Shown here: one piece after another, positions 37,305 to 47,746 of the stretch
Layout: every line of letters begins with the position of its first letter
Position numbering within the stretch: the stretch's first letter is position 1
Source: Roseibacillus sp.
GTDB lineage: Bacteria; Verrucomicrobiota; Verrucomicrobiia; Verrucomicrobiales; Akkermansiaceae
Reading direction: 5' to 3'
Length of the DNA stretch: 64,000 bases
Assembly: GCA_051251855.1 (NCBI GenBank)
Contig: JBPOGI010000004.1
Location: 192,001 to 256,000 of the forward strand
Notes under the pieces: generated by a model
Told to the model about the DNA's origin: nothing
Seen by the model: the letters and a program-made list of their open reading frames with translations, nothing else
Databases searched by the model: none
Translations under genes and position numbers: made by a program

Positions 37305-37904
37305 GTGACCAATCCCAAACGAATTTTCTTCATCCTTGGCCTGCTGATCCTTGCGGCAATTTCCTACTATTTCGGAAAATCTAAGCCACCGGTGCAAAAA
37401 GAATCCAACGCCGGCCAAAGCATCCAGGGACAGGAAAGCACCTCCACACCAAAGCCGCTAACCCCAATCTCTCGCGCAGAAGCGCTTCGCAATCGAACAC
37501 CTTCTCCCGAGAAGAACCTCGAAGCAAGGGTGACCCGATACACCGATGGCTCCGCTGATCTCGTCGATGCCATCACCCTAAGCGGTCAGCTACACCAATC
37601 AACCGACCCGCGTAACGACCTCGAAATAATGGCTCAATTATTCGTTCAATACCGGCTCCTCTACCAAGAAAACCCCATCGGAACCGAAAACTTCGAATTT
37701 ACGGCCGCTCTCACCGGAGACAACACGAAAAAGGTCAACTTCATCGACCCTGAAAGCCCAGCCCTGACCTCCGCCAACGAACTCGTCGATCGTTGGGGTA
37801 GCCCCTTTGTCTTCCACCCCCTCAGCGGAAAAGAGATGGAAATCCTCTCCTACGGCCCCGACCAAACGCTCTGGACCAAAGACGACCTGACCCTCGATAA
37901 GTAA
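37305..37904 (+). CDS. Membrane-anchored protein with GspG-like C-terminal motif
   Basis: N-terminal TM; LVDRWGSPF...LSYGPD..DD. Confidence 0.6.
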   Translation: MTNPKRIFFILGLLILAAISYYFGKSKPPVQKESNAGQSIQGQESTSTPKPLTPISRAEALRNRTPSPEKNLEARVTRYTDGSADLVDAITLSGQLHQSTDPRNDLEIMAQLFVQYRLLYQENPIGTENFEFTAALTGDNTKKVNFIDPESPALTSANELVDRWGSPFVFHPLSGKEMEILSYGPDQTLWTKDDLTLDK

Positions 37905-38003
37905 AGCTTAGGGTTGAGAAGTCACTTTTGCCTTCGCTTTCAATCGATTGGGACTCTTGTCATTCATTCGTATTGCTGTAGTATTCTACTCACCCGAAGA
38001 ACT

Positions 38004-38459
38004 ATGACTCTCTCTGAACTGAAGGCCATTCTCGCTGCGAACCCAGAAAATCCAGTCTCCATCAATCTCCCTGATGGCAACTCAGTCCCTCCCCACTTTC
38101 ACGTCACCGAGGTCGCTTTCTCTAAAAAGGACTTCATCGACTGCGGGGGAACCATCCGACACGAAGGAAAATGCCTCCTCCAAATCTGGGTTGCAGACGA
38201 CATCGAACACCGCGTCAATTCCTCCACCTTGGCTAAAATCCTCGAACATGGTGCCCCCGTCATTCCAACCGACGAACTCCCCGTGGAGATCGAGTACTGT
38301 CTGCCAGGGCTCACCCACATGGAACTCACTGAAGTAAAACCCAACGAAGGAGTTCTTAACCTCATCCTTTCTCATCGCCAAACCGACTGCTTAGCAAAAG
38401 ATGTCTGCGGAATCTCTCCTTCTGGGGATAGCTGCGAACCGGGCTCTGGATGCTGCTAA
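38004..38459 (+). CDS. DUF6428-like Cys-rich protein
   Basis: HFHVTEV, FIDCGG, LQIW, TDCLAKDVCG, CEPGSGCC; ATG at 38004. Confidence 0.75.
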   Translation: MTLSELKAILAANPENPVSINLPDGNSVPPHFHVTEVAFSKKDFIDCGGTIRHEGKCLLQIWVADDIEHRVNSSTLAKILEHGAPVIPTDELPVEIEYCLPGLTHMELTEVKPNEGVLNLILSHRQTDCLAKDVCGISPSGDSCEPGSGCC

Positions 38460-39024
38460 ACCCAAACAAAGAGCGAACATAAAAGTAAACCTAACACTCT
38501 TTGTCGGAGCACTCTCTGCAGTCTTTCTAGCTTCGTGTGGAGGCTCTGCATCTGACAACGTCGCCACCACTTCTTCAGATTCAACTGCCGTCCCTGCAGG
38601 CAACCTCGAGAACGAAACCCTCTATCACGTCAATCGCTACCGCACCTCTAAAGGACTTCACTTACTCAAGCCCCACCCCGGCCTCCTAAAGCTCGCACGT
38701 ATCCATTCCAACAATATGGAGAAGCGGGATGAGATGGGCCATTTCGACTTTGAGAAGAGGGCCAAAACTGCCCAAAAGAAGTATAAAATGGGAGCCATGT
38801 CCGAAAACCTTCACCGCTCTTGGGGCGTCGTTCCCAGCGGAAGTTCCATCGCCAATCAGTGGGCTAACTCGCCCAAGCACAAAAAGAATATGGAAGGAAA
38901 CTTCCACTATGCAGGCATGGCAATCACTCAAAAAGAAGATCGTATTTATACCACTCTCCTTCTTGGTAAAGATCTTGGAGCAAGCACCCCTTCTTCTTCA
39001 GCTGCTCCGTTCCTCGTATTTTAG
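38401..39024 (+). CDS. CAP (SCP) domain lipoprotein
   Basis: Lipobox LASC; VNRYR, ARIHSNNM, SENL, WANSPKHKKNM; start uncertain (see findings). Confidence 0.8.
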   Translation: MSAESLLLGIAANRALDAAKPKQRANIKVNLTLFVGALSAVFLASCGGSASDNVATTSSDSTAVPAGNLENETLYHVNRYRTSKGLHLLKPHPGLLKLARIHSNNMEKRDEMGHFDFEKRAKTAQKKYKMGAMSENLHRSWGVVPSGSSIANQWANSPKHKKNMEGNFHYAGMAITQKEDRIYTTLLLGKDLGASTPSSSAAPFLVF

Positions 39025-39098
39025 CAGTCAGCAGTTCATTTTTCCGCACTATTTCTAACGGGTAGCCCAGAGTTGGCCCACCTCGTGCTCAGGGGGCG

Positions 39099-39809
39099 GT
39101 GTCAGAAGACACCACCCTCATGAAATACACTGTTGAAGGCTGCCCGATAGACTGGGAACCACAGCCAATTCGAGAAACCATCCGAAGAGCTCAGATGGAA
39201 GGGCACCACCCTAACCGCCTTCTCCTTGGTCACTGCGAAGCAGGTTCACTGCGCAGATATCTCGGCGAAAACTTCGAGGCCTCGGTTCCTAACTCTTTGC
39301 GAGACACCTACTACCTTGGACTGAAAGTCGAGGAGACAGACGCAGAGCACCTTATCGCCATCGACGGTGAAAAACTCACCGTTCATCCTGAAGACGATCT
39401 ACCACCACTTGAGAACAATCAGTCGCCCAAGTGGCACGACAAAGATCCGGTTGCAGATGAAGATAAGGCCTCCTCTGAACTGGAGTTCAAGACCGAGTGG
39501 GATGCCGCAGCTTTGCGCGAACTCATCAAAAAGAAATCGGCCGCCCAGCGCACCCCTGCATTTCTCTTCCTCGGACGCCACGAGGCCATGCTTCTACGCG
39601 TTCACCTTAACGCCGACTTTGGTCCCTCAGCGGTTCGAACCCTCAAGAATCTCTACTACTCTGGACTGGAAGTCATTGAAGTGGATACCGACCGCTTCCT
39701 TCGCACCGCAGGCACTAAGCGCGTAAAGGCATTCCAAGATGCTTTGGGAAGACGCCCCAAGTGGAAGGACCTACAATATTCCTCCAGCTGGCACTTCCGC
39801 ACAAGCTAG
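39099..39809 (+). CDS. Hypothetical protein with an internally duplicated ~70-aa domain
   Basis: W...R..I......P..L.LG..EA..LR..L...F......L...YY.GL.V.E.D occurs twice. Confidence 0.65.
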   Translation: MSEDTTLMKYTVEGCPIDWEPQPIRETIRRAQMEGHHPNRLLLGHCEAGSLRRYLGENFEASVPNSLRDTYYLGLKVEETDAEHLIAIDGEKLTVHPEDDLPPLENNQSPKWHDKDPVADEDKASSELEFKTEWDAAALRELIKKKSAAQRTPAFLFLGRHEAMLLRVHLNADFGPSAVRTLKNLYYSGLEVIEVDTDRFLRTAGTKRVKAFQDALGRRPKWKDLQYSSSWHFRTS

Positions 39810-39970
39810 TGCATCGTTTTGAAAATAGGGTTGCGTTTCGGCTCAGGAAATTTTCTGGAGAACAAGGCGCAAATTGCTTGTTGAATGGATATTCCACAGC
39901 TGCTTGCAACGCAGTTATTCTGAAAAAGAACCAGCTGAAATGCAGCGTTATTTTTGAAACGGTGCACTAG

Positions 39971-40660
39971 TTAGGCCGGCTTCTCCAAGCCAATCACAAG
40001 GGCGGACTCCCCCTCCACCCTCCACTGAACCTCTTGCCCAGCGACGCGGGCACGGTATTCCCGTGACTCGCCCGCTTGGTAGGCTGGTCCAGGCCGCAGG
40101 GAAATCATCCCCATAATGAGGTCTTGGTCTCCCTCCCCAAGTGCATTCCACTTCCCAATCGCCTCGGGGGAAATGCCCACCGCGATCCGAGTGGGCGGCT
40201 CTGGCGCAAATCCAGCCTGAGCATGGGGAAGTGAATCAACATACGGAACATAAGGTCGAATATCGAGGATAGGCGTTCCATCCACGATATCGACGCCCTT
40301 GACTCGGAGCTTGGGAAAGACGCTTTCAATCTCACAAACCGATAGACCAATTCGATTGGGTCGAAAGGGAGAACGAGTTGCAAAGACGCCCAATTTCTCA
40401 TTCCCACCCAATCGCGGGGGCCTGACTCGAAGCCTCGTCTCCTTGGGATCCACTCGGTCAAAAAGAAAAGTAATCCACAGATGGGAAAACCCCTCCAGTC
40501 CTTCCCTCCCCTCAGGCCCTGAATACCTCTCTACAAACTCCACCTCTCCCCAGGCCTCATCTATCAGTCCGGGTTGCCTCGGCACCCCAAACTTTTCATC
40601 CCAAGGGCTTCGCAAGTAGGCAATTGGTTCTAACTCAATCATGATAGGCTCAGTCATCAC
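39971..40660 (-). CDS. tsaA: tRNA t6A37 N6-methyltransferase TrmO/TsaA
   Basis: KFGVPRQPG, GLEGFSH, VRPPRLGGN..GVFATRSPFRPNRIG, DGTPILDIRPY. Confidence 0.92.
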   Translation of the reverse strand: MMTEPIMIELEPIAYLRSPWDEKFGVPRQPGLIDEAWGEVEFVERYSGPEGREGLEGFSHLWITFLFDRVDPKETRLRVRPPRLGGNEKLGVFATRSPFRPNRIGLSVCEIESVFPKLRVKGVDIVDGTPILDIRPYVPYVDSLPHAQAGFAPEPPTRIAVGISPEAIGKWNALGEGDQDLIMGMISLRPGPAYQAGESREYRARVAGQEVQWRVEGESALVIGLEKPA

Positions 40661-41332
40661 TTACGGGAAAACGTTCTGGGATTTACTAAGGAGACCATGG
40701 CTCCGTCCCAGCCACCAGCCTCCTAGAAACCCACAAAGATGAGCCTCCCAAGAAATTCCCCTCTCGGTCGGTAGCACTCCCCAAAGCATCCCCCCATAAA
40801 AGATAGCAACCAAGACTCCTGCCACAATCCACAGCGGCTTTCGCTCCGTCCAAGCTCGCAACAACAGATAGCCAAAATACCCGTAAATCAATCCACTCGC
40901 TCCAATATGAACGCTTCCTCCTCGGCCAATGAGCCATGTTCCGAGCCCGCTGATCAAAACCAGCAAGAAGGTCGTTTTGAGAAAACGTTTTCCCTCCGCC
41001 ACCACCATCAAGAATCCAAGACCCAGAAAGGCGACCGTATTATTAGTAAGGTGTCCCCAATCACCATGCAGCCAAGGCGAGAGAAAGACCCCCACCAACC
41101 CAAAGAACTCGCGCGGATGAATCCCCAACGCATCCAAGGGCAGACCAAATAATCCAAATACCCTGTCCGCGACCTCCACCATCCAGGCCATCGCAATCAA
41201 CCCCAATACAAGCCCACAGCCTGGCCGCGAAACCTTACCATAACCACCTGCCCCCCTAGCAGCGCCTCCCACGATTTCAACGGGAGCCTCTCTAGGCAGT
41301 GGCGGCCTTGGCGTTTCTGATTCCATCTTCAA
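40661..41332 (-). CDS. Rhomboid intramembrane serine protease
   Basis: LHGDWGHLTNN, HIGASG, SWEAHLCG. Confidence 0.9.
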   Translation of the reverse strand: MKMESETPRPPLPREAPVEIVGGAARGAGGYGKVSRPGCGLVLGLIAMAWMVEVADRVFGLFGLPLDALGIHPREFFGLVGVFLSPWLHGDWGHLTNNTVAFLGLGFLMVVAEGKRFLKTTFLLVLISGLGTWLIGRGGSVHIGASGLIYGYFGYLLLRAWTERKPLWIVAGVLVAIFYGGMLWGVLPTERGISWEAHLCGFLGGWWLGRSHGLLSKSQNVFP

Positions 41333-41371
41333 GCCATACTATGTCACGGGAGAGATTGTCGCGCTCTTAAT

Positions 41372-42136
41372 TTGTGGCAGAGTTATCACGTGAAACTTCT
41401 TTCCTCCTTCTTGAGCCTCCTTCTATTCGCCTGCTCGGCACCATCGCAAAGCAGCACAGCTAAGGTGAGCTTCAGCCAACTCAACATCAAGGCCATCGAA
41501 CTCATGCCCCGTGGAGGAGGTTACTCTGGTAGTGATGCCACAAAAAACAAGCTCCCCCTCGCCTGCACTATCGATCCCATCGGCCTCGTTTTTATTCCCC
41601 AAAAAGCTCAACCCAGTTTTTGTTCGGGAGCCACCTACCTTGTATTTCTTAAATCACTGCAAGCCTCCGAAAAGCTCTCCCCTCAAGTCACTCAGAAACT
41701 CGTTGTCTCTCAGGATCAAAAAGACGGACATGGCATTTTTGGCAGATGGAATGCCAACGGCCCCGGCTGTGCCAAGCTCGTCGCTGACCTTAGCTGCGGC
41801 ATCAACTTTACCGCTTGGAAAAAAGCCCAACCCGGCGACTTTCTTAAAATCTGGTGGACTGATCAGATCGGCGGCAAAGAACGTGGTCACCATGTCGTCT
41901 ACCTAAGCCATAACGAAGACTCGGTCACCTTCTGGTCCAGCAACCAACCCGGAGGCTACGGCGAGAAAACGGTTCCCCTGAGCAAGTGCAAGCGCGTCCT
42001 ATTCACCCGCATCACTTCCCCCAAGAAAATCAGTAACGTCACCAAGCTACCACCCAACGACCCCTGGCTCGAGCGTATGCTACGTGACGACTTCACCTGG
42101 GCCGAAATCGCCAAAAAGTGCCGAGTCCGCGACTAG
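41372..42136 (+). CDS. Hypothetical lipoprotein (possible papain/NlpC-like fold)
   Basis: Lipobox LFAC; FCSGATY, PGDFLKIWW, GHHVVY; likely start GTG 41390. Confidence 0.55.
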   Translation: MWQSYHVKLLSSFLSLLLFACSAPSQSSTAKVSFSQLNIKAIELMPRGGGYSGSDATKNKLPLACTIDPIGLVFIPQKAQPSFCSGATYLVFLKSLQASEKLSPQVTQKLVVSQDQKDGHGIFGRWNANGPGCAKLVADLSCGINFTAWKKAQPGDFLKIWWTDQIGGKERGHHVVYLSHNEDSVTFWSSNQPGGYGEKTVPLSKCKRVLFTRITSPKKISNVTKLPPNDPWLERMLRDDFTWAEIAKKCRVRD

Positions 42137-42237
42137 CCATCAGGATGGGTCGACCCCCTACTCATCTCTGCACCTCCTTTTCCTCTCGTCAGAAAATCCC
42201 TCTTTAAAAACGTCCTAATCCACTCCAAACTCCTCCT

Positions 42238-43251
42238 ATGGAAAAACGTCGTTTAGGAGAAAGTGGAGTCGTCGTCAGTGAAATCTGTCTCGGGACCATG
42301 ACCTTTGGCACTCAAGCTAACAAAGAAGAGAGTTTCCGCATCATGGACAAAGCCGTCGAAGCCGGAATTGACTTCTTCGACACCGCCGAACTTTACCCCG
42401 TCCCACCCACCGCCAAGCTCGCAGGCCTCACCGAAGAAATCGTCGGCGATTGGCTCAAGGACAAGCCACGCGACAGCATCATCATCGCCAGCAAAATCGC
42501 CGGCGCCGCCCACGGCTGGTTCAATCCTCCCGTTCGCCATGGCAAAGCAGCTCTTGATCGTGTCCACTTGCGTAAGGCCCTCGAAGGTTCTCTCCGTCGA
42601 CTCGGCACTGACTACATTGACCTCTACCAAATTCACTGGCCCGACCATGGGATGCGCCCCGAGGACACCCTCGAGGAACTCGACAACTTCGTGCGCGAAG
42701 GAAAAGTTCGCACCATCGGCCTCAGTAACGACGACAGCTATGGCGTCATGAAAGGTCTCTGGACAAGCGACACCCACGGCTTTGCGCGCTACGACACCGT
42801 CCAAAACAACTTCTCTCTTAATAACCGTCGCTCCGAAGATGAACTCGCTGAAGTCTGCCGCCGAGAGAAAGTTAGCCTCCTCCCCTACTCCCCACTCGCT
42901 GGTGGAGTCCTCACCGGAAAATACAACGACGGCGTTCCGGACGACGCCCGCTTCTCTGCCTATCTCAAAGCCGGACCTCGCCAAGCCGCCATGGCAGCCC
43001 GCTTCGTCAACGAGCGCTCCATCGAGAGCACCAAGCGCTTTATGGCCATCGGACAAGAAGCGGGCATCGACCCCACCACCCTCGCCACCGCCTGGAGCAA
43101 GCAGCACGACTTCGTTGCCTCCACCATTATCGGCGCGAGCAAGGCCGAACAACTTGACCCCATCCTAGCCGCTGCAGGGCTCGAACTCAGCCCAGAAGTT
43201 CTCGCCAAAATCGACGAAGTCAGCACCGAGATTCGCTACCCCATGGGCTAA
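42238..43251 (+). CDS. Aldo/keto reductase (Tas-like)
   Basis: [43 protein letters not shown]. Confidence 0.93.
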   Translation: MEKRRLGESGVVVSEICLGTMTFGTQANKEESFRIMDKAVEAGIDFFDTAELYPVPPTAKLAGLTEEIVGDWLKDKPRDSIIIASKIAGAAHGWFNPPVRHGKAALDRVHLRKALEGSLRRLGTDYIDLYQIHWPDHGMRPEDTLEELDNFVREGKVRTIGLSNDDSYGVMKGLWTSDTHGFARYDTVQNNFSLNNRRSEDELAEVCRREKVSLLPYSPLAGGVLTGKYNDGVPDDARFSAYLKAGPRQAAMAARFVNERSIESTKRFMAIGQEAGIDPTTLATAWSKQHDFVASTIIGASKAEQLDPILAAAGLELSPEVLAKIDEVSTEIRYPMG

Positions 43252-43270
43252 GATTCTCCCTTCACAAAAA

Positions 43271-45034
43271 TCACTCTGACTCCGAAACAGCGCTCACCTC
43301 AACGAGTGTGAACTTGTCGAGCTTAGGAATGGAGAGGAGGATCTTGCCTCCCTTGACGGTTACGGGCCCCACCTCGAATTCCTGCACATTCTGGTCGCTA
43401 CCATCCTTAGGACTGAGCTCTTTCGTGACCACTCGAGCAACGACTTGAGCGCCGTCAGGAAAACCCTCTCCTCGAAAATCGACCGGAGACTTTCCAGTAT
43501 GATAATGGCGCCCTGTCTGAATTGTCGCTGGAATCGTCAACTCAGCTCGCTCCAGCCCCGAAGCTCCACTGCCATAGAGAAGCACCGTAAATTTCTTCTG
43601 CGTCCGATTCCATGAAGAGACACGATAACGCTCACTCCCCGTGAAGCCCGCCCCGATGACCGCAATGTCATTTCCACGCTCGCCCGCGATGGCATGACGC
43701 ACCACCTCATCTTTACCTCCTGCAATTTGTGCATACCAACGCCAGACATAGTAGTGAAGATGATTTGGGTCCGCAGGATTCGTGTAGTTCTCGATCGTGA
43801 AATTTGGATTTCTTTCGTCCAGTTCTCTTAAAACAAAGTTCTTGTCCGTCCCTCCCAGCTGAAGCTTCTCCGTCACGACATCAGGTCCTCCGTCATTTGC
43901 TGGAATCACAATCTCGGGCTTAAGTTCCTTAATTCGACCATTGTAGTCCAGCCGCTTGGTGAGGCCCATCGCCCACGAACTCGAATTATCAGACCAAGGA
44001 AGATTGATAGTATTGAGACCACGCTGGAGACATTGCCCAATGATCGTGATTGATTTTTCGTAAGCATCGAGCTCGTTCTTCAACCCGTCCCCATTAACAT
44101 CATTGGCCACCCGACTGCCGTCCCAAGAAATCCACGACTCAGCCGACAGCACCGCCTTGTGATGGAGTCCAACCGCGTCGAGTTTACGACGAGCCATCTC
44201 GTAGTTCCCCCAAACAGAAGGAATCAGAGCACCGTCCATCCCTCCATAACCATCATTCTGATCCGACACGTTCAGATTGAGAGCGTCCACCGTCTCCATC
44301 AGCTCGGGAGTCGCAATCATGAAGTCATAGAACTGATCAATCGCCACCGCACCCACCCCCTCAAGGCCCCCAGCAGTGGGACACTTTCGACAAGGCGACA
44401 TCCCAGTCGTCGAGAGAATCACCGGAAGAGCAGGCTCGGTATCGTAGACCTTACGAATCGCTTTGGCACCGTTCAGGAGGAGTTCGTTGATACGAAAGTG
44501 AATATCGCCCTCCTTAACAAGACCTTCCAGATTAGCCTCATGAGCCAGCTGATAAGCATCGACCCGTCCTTTAAAGTGAGTGGCAATGCGCGTGCAAAAC
44601 TCCGGAAAAACCCCCACCCTGGGAGCGTAGCGGGATTCCCCCTTCTCAGTGGCCCAAGCCGGGCTACCAAAGAAAACGAACTCAACCTTTAAGCCTTCTC
44701 TTTGGCACGCATCGACCGCTCGGTCGATGGCCACTAAGCTACTGGAGGGACTATTAAGGTAATCACAATTCTCCGGATTTCGTTCGATGGCCTCCCAGCC
44801 AATCCAGAACTGAACATAGCTACTATCCTCCGCAATGACCGCCCGCGTCGAATCAAACTGATTATTCTCCGGACGCCCAGCAAAAGGCTGCCACCGCACC
44901 CCCACGTGCATGTGATCCATCGTCCAACGATAAGATGACTCCTCTTGAGCCTGCTCCAGCAAAGCCTCAGGTTCTTGCCCAAAAAGAGGAATAGAAAGTA
45001 GACAGAGAAGGAGCCGTTTCAAAGTGAAAGTCAC
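43271..45034 (-). CDS. Secreted protein, possible clan GH-A glycoside hydrolase-like
   Basis: Signal peptide; W..IE, PAWA, HFKGRVDAYQLAHEAN, LSAESW. Confidence 0.5.
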   Translation of the reverse strand: MTFTLKRLLLCLLSIPLFGQEPEALLEQAQEESSYRWTMDHMHVGVRWQPFAGRPENNQFDSTRAVIAEDSSYVQFWIGWEAIERNPENCDYLNSPSSSLVAIDRAVDACQREGLKVEFVFFGSPAWATEKGESRYAPRVGVFPEFCTRIATHFKGRVDAYQLAHEANLEGLVKEGDIHFRINELLLNGAKAIRKVYDTEPALPVILSTTGMSPCRKCPTAGGLEGVGAVAIDQFYDFMIATPELMETVDALNLNVSDQNDGYGGMDGALIPSVWGNYEMARRKLDAVGLHHKAVLSAESWISWDGSRVANDVNGDGLKNELDAYEKSITIIGQCLQRGLNTINLPWSDNSSSWAMGLTKRLDYNGRIKELKPEIVIPANDGGPDVVTEKLQLGGTDKNFVLRELDERNPNFTIENYTNPADPNHLHYYVWRWYAQIAGGKDEVVRHAIAGERGNDIAVIGAGFTGSERYRVSSWNRTQKKFTVLLYGSGASGLERAELTIPATIQTGRHYHTGKSPVDFRGEGFPDGAQVVARVVTKELSPKDGSDQNVQEFEVGPVTVKGGKILLSIPKLDKFTLVEVSAVSESE

Positions 45035-45084
45035 GCGGCCACCTTTAACAACCAGACTCTGATGAGAAGAGAAAAGTTCCTCCC

Positions 45085-45100
45085 TCCTATAAAATGAGGA
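45085..45100. promoter_or_regulatory. Putative operator TCCTCA-W4-TGAGGA
   Basis: TCCTATAAAATGAGGA in a divergent intergenic region; near-copies at 46138 and 51270. Confidence 0.55.
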
Positions 45101-45187
45101 AGCGAGTGCTAACCACTTCGGGGTCCTCTATTTTGGGGATATTCAGCCCTCGGCATCTGTGCCATCCTCCAAGATTCAACCCGTATC

Positions 45188-46003
45188 ATGAAACTATTCT
45201 CCCTCCTTCCCAATTCACTTCTGCTCGGATTCCTCACCTTTGGGAGCCCTCTCCATGGCGAGCTCCCTACCCTTGGAGAACCGTTGTTTGGAGTCTTCGC
45301 AAAAGCAGAAGAAAAAACCGTGGAAATCGTAGTAAATCAAAAGGGAGAGCTCATCATTTCTCCAATACTTAGGAATGGCTCTACCGCCCCCTATCGCAAA
45401 ATTCCAGTGCTCTTTGGCATCGAAGAAACCTTACCAAACGGCAAAATCCACGTCCGACCCATTCTTCCCGAAACCTTGGAATCCCCCCAACCCGCCACCG
45501 ACAAATTCAAAGAAGCCGTCATTACCGGAAAGATCGCGAGAGGAGTGGCCTTCGAACTCACCATTCAACAAAAACGCGGAGTTATCACTATTGGTGGAAA
45601 AATTACCGATCCAGGACCTTTGAAGGTAGAAAACCTTCGCTTCGTCGCTTCTCCTCAAATTCTCAACTTCTATGGCGCAGAAAAACTTCGATTGCAGGAT
45701 GATCCCAAGGCCTTCGAGGAACTGTTAGAGGAATCCTATGTGACCCTCAAGTGGACCGATGGCAAGCGTCACAAGTTCGGCTACATCGAAAGCCTCGGGG
45801 AAGAAAGCAGCGAGGTGAACGGCTCCGGCATTGCCGAAGTGGAAGCCAAGCTTCAAATCCTCGGCAACACCATCAACTTCACGGCCACCAAAGAATCATC
45901 CATCAAATTGCGAAACTTTGGCGCGCCCTATTTTCATTCCGGATTTTTCGTAGACTGGACTTCGCAGGACAACGACGCACAGCTCACTATCGAGGTCGAA
46001 TAG
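45188..46003 (+). CDS. Hypothetical secreted protein
   Basis: 271-aa ORF with signal-peptide-like N-terminus. Confidence 0.65.
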   Translation: MKLFSLLPNSLLLGFLTFGSPLHGELPTLGEPLFGVFAKAEEKTVEIVVNQKGELIISPILRNGSTAPYRKIPVLFGIEETLPNGKIHVRPILPETLESPQPATDKFKEAVITGKIARGVAFELTIQQKRGVITIGGKITDPGPLKVENLRFVASPQILNFYGAEKLRLQDDPKAFEELLEESYVTLKWTDGKRHKFGYIESLGEESSEVNGSGIAEVEAKLQILGNTINFTATKESSIKLRNFGAPYFHSGFFVDWTSQDNDAQLTIEVE

Positions 46004-46137
46004 CGATCAACTGAGCGTCACCGAACCCAGAATGAGAAAACGTCTCACGATACCATCGAATATCTCAGGTAGCGCACCCTTCCATCAACTCAACTTTTTA
46101 AGTTTTTAAGCAGTCAACCCAAGACCCTTGCTTTACC

Positions 46138-46153
46138 TCCTACAAAATGAGGA
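46138..46153. promoter_or_regulatory. Putative operator TCCTCA-W4-TGAGGA
   Basis: TCCTACAAAATGAGGA about 107 bp upstream of the PEP-CTERM gene. Confidence 0.55.
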
Positions 46154-46259
46154 TGGCGCTCTCTCTCGCATCAAGACCATAATTCTCAGGAAAGGTTGTT
46201 GAACCAGTCAGGACCCTCTTCCTTCTTCTTACCTCGCTAACCAAAACCACCAACTTAAA

Positions 46260-47684
46260 TTGAAAAAACTCAGCCCAACCTCCCTCGCCCTCCTTTATGG
46301 AGTCGCCTTCCCATCCATTGGCAGTGCTGCCACAGTCACAGTGCCAGGCGGTGCCAACACCACCTCGAACTACGAGCAAAATTGGAACAACGCCACCGTT
46401 ACTTCTGGGGGTTCCGGCAATCTTCTTCCAGCGGCTTCGGTTCCTGATAACGCAATCATTAACCAAGGCCGAACCGTTCAAGTGGACTCGGCCATCGATG
46501 TTGCAGCAGGAAATTTAGTCATAAACAACACCAACACCAGTGGCACGACCGCCACTTTGGAAATCAATTCCGGAGGTTCACTGACCAGCGGCACGACCAC
46601 TGTTTCCTCCAATGCTGATGCGGGTGTTTTGAATGTCCAAGGTGGCGCTTTGACGACCGGAGCATTGGATACACGACAGAATGGAACCACAACGGTCAGC
46701 TCGGGTAGCCTAGACTCAGCCTCCGTTCGGGTTCGAGGAAGTGGCGTCGCAGGGACGCCTGCCGGGGTCATGAATGTCACTGGTGGCACCGTCACCACGT
46801 CAGGGACTACGACTTTGGATTCAGGAGCCGAAGGCAACGGATCTCTGAACGTGAGTGGAGGCAGCTATTCCGCGGGAGGAGCGGTCACCGTGGACGGTTC
46901 GGTCAATGTGAGTGGTTCTGGGGCTCTTTCAGCTGGCACCAACAACATCAATGTCAATACGGGTGGCAGCGTCAATGTGAGTGGAGGCACCGTAACCAGC
47001 TCGGCGGCTTTGTCGCTGAACGGAGGTGACTTCAACGTCTCTGGCGGCACTGTAACGATGACCGATCCGATGCCTGGTGGTGGAGCAGGCTCCACCTATA
47101 ACGTGACCACAGCAGGAACAGGTTCACTCAACGTTACCGACGGAAGCTTCATCGTTGCTGGCGCTACGGCCGGATCGGATACCATTCAATTTGCTAACGA
47201 TTCTATCACCGTCAGCGGAGGAATATTTGATGCTTCTGGAGGTCAGGTGATTATGACCAGTAATGTGCAATTCAACGTCGTTGGCGATTCCGCCACCATT
47301 CAATTGGATCGCCTCAACCTCGCCCCAACGAGTCGTCAGGCAACCATCAACTTTGTCTTTGATGAGTCCGGTGTGAGCACCATCGAGAACGCTGCCTTCC
47401 TTTCGCTTTCTTCCGCCACCCTTCTCGTCGACGGTACCGACTACACGGGCGGAGTTGCTTCCCATGTGCTCTTCACTTCCAACAACCTCTCTACCACGAT
47501 CGACCCTGCCAATATCACCGTGACGGGTTTTGGAGTTGAGGGAGTGAACTGGGAAATCGTGCAAGACCAAACCACAACGGAAGACATCTTCTTCAACGTC
47601 TTGGCGGTTGTGCCGGAGCCATCCTCTGCTCTCCTCGCTCTCCTTGGTCTCACGGGTTTGACGCTTCGCCGTCGCCGGAACTAA
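46260..47684 (+). CDS. PEP-CTERM beta-strand-repeat surface protein
   Basis: G/S/T-rich LNVSGG repeats; C-terminal VPEPSS-TM-RRRR. Confidence 0.88.
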   Translation: MKKLSPTSLALLYGVAFPSIGSAATVTVPGGANTTSNYEQNWNNATVTSGGSGNLLPAASVPDNAIINQGRTVQVDSAIDVAAGNLVINNTNTSGTTATLEINSGGSLTSGTTTVSSNADAGVLNVQGGALTTGALDTRQNGTTTVSSGSLDSASVRVRGSGVAGTPAGVMNVTGGTVTTSGTTTLDSGAEGNGSLNVSGGSYSAGGAVTVDGSVNVSGSGALSAGTNNINVNTGGSVNVSGGTVTSSAALSLNGGDFNVSGGTVTMTDPMPGGGAGSTYNVTTAGTGSLNVTDGSFIVAGATAGSDTIQFANDSITVSGGIFDASGGQVIMTSNVQFNVVGDSATIQLDRLNLAPTSRQATINFVFDESGVSTIENAAFLSLSSATLLVDGTDYTGGVASHVLFTSNNLSTTIDPANITVTGFGVEGVNWEIVQDQTTTEDIFFNVLAVVPEPSSALLALLGLTGLTLRRRRN

Positions 47685-47707
47685 AGCTTCCCACTTTCCA
47701 GGCAATC

Positions 47708-47743
47708 CAAAAAATGTCGCTCCGAAAGGCGCGGCATTTTTTG
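47708..47743 (+). terminator. Rho-independent terminator (possibly bidirectional)
   Basis: CAAAAAATGTCGC...GCGGCATTTTTTG. Confidence 0.75.
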
Positions 47744-47746
47744 TGT

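Noticed and set aside
39810..39970. AT-richer gap between convergent genes as a possible sRNA
   Set aside because: No convincing stem structure or promoter found by eye.
42221..42237. Pyrimidine-rich (CTCCTCCT-like) leaders before several + strand ATGs (also 7421, 35731, 53421) as an alternative initiation signal
   Set aside because: Not evident before - strand genes, so it cannot be separated from the strand skew without statistics.
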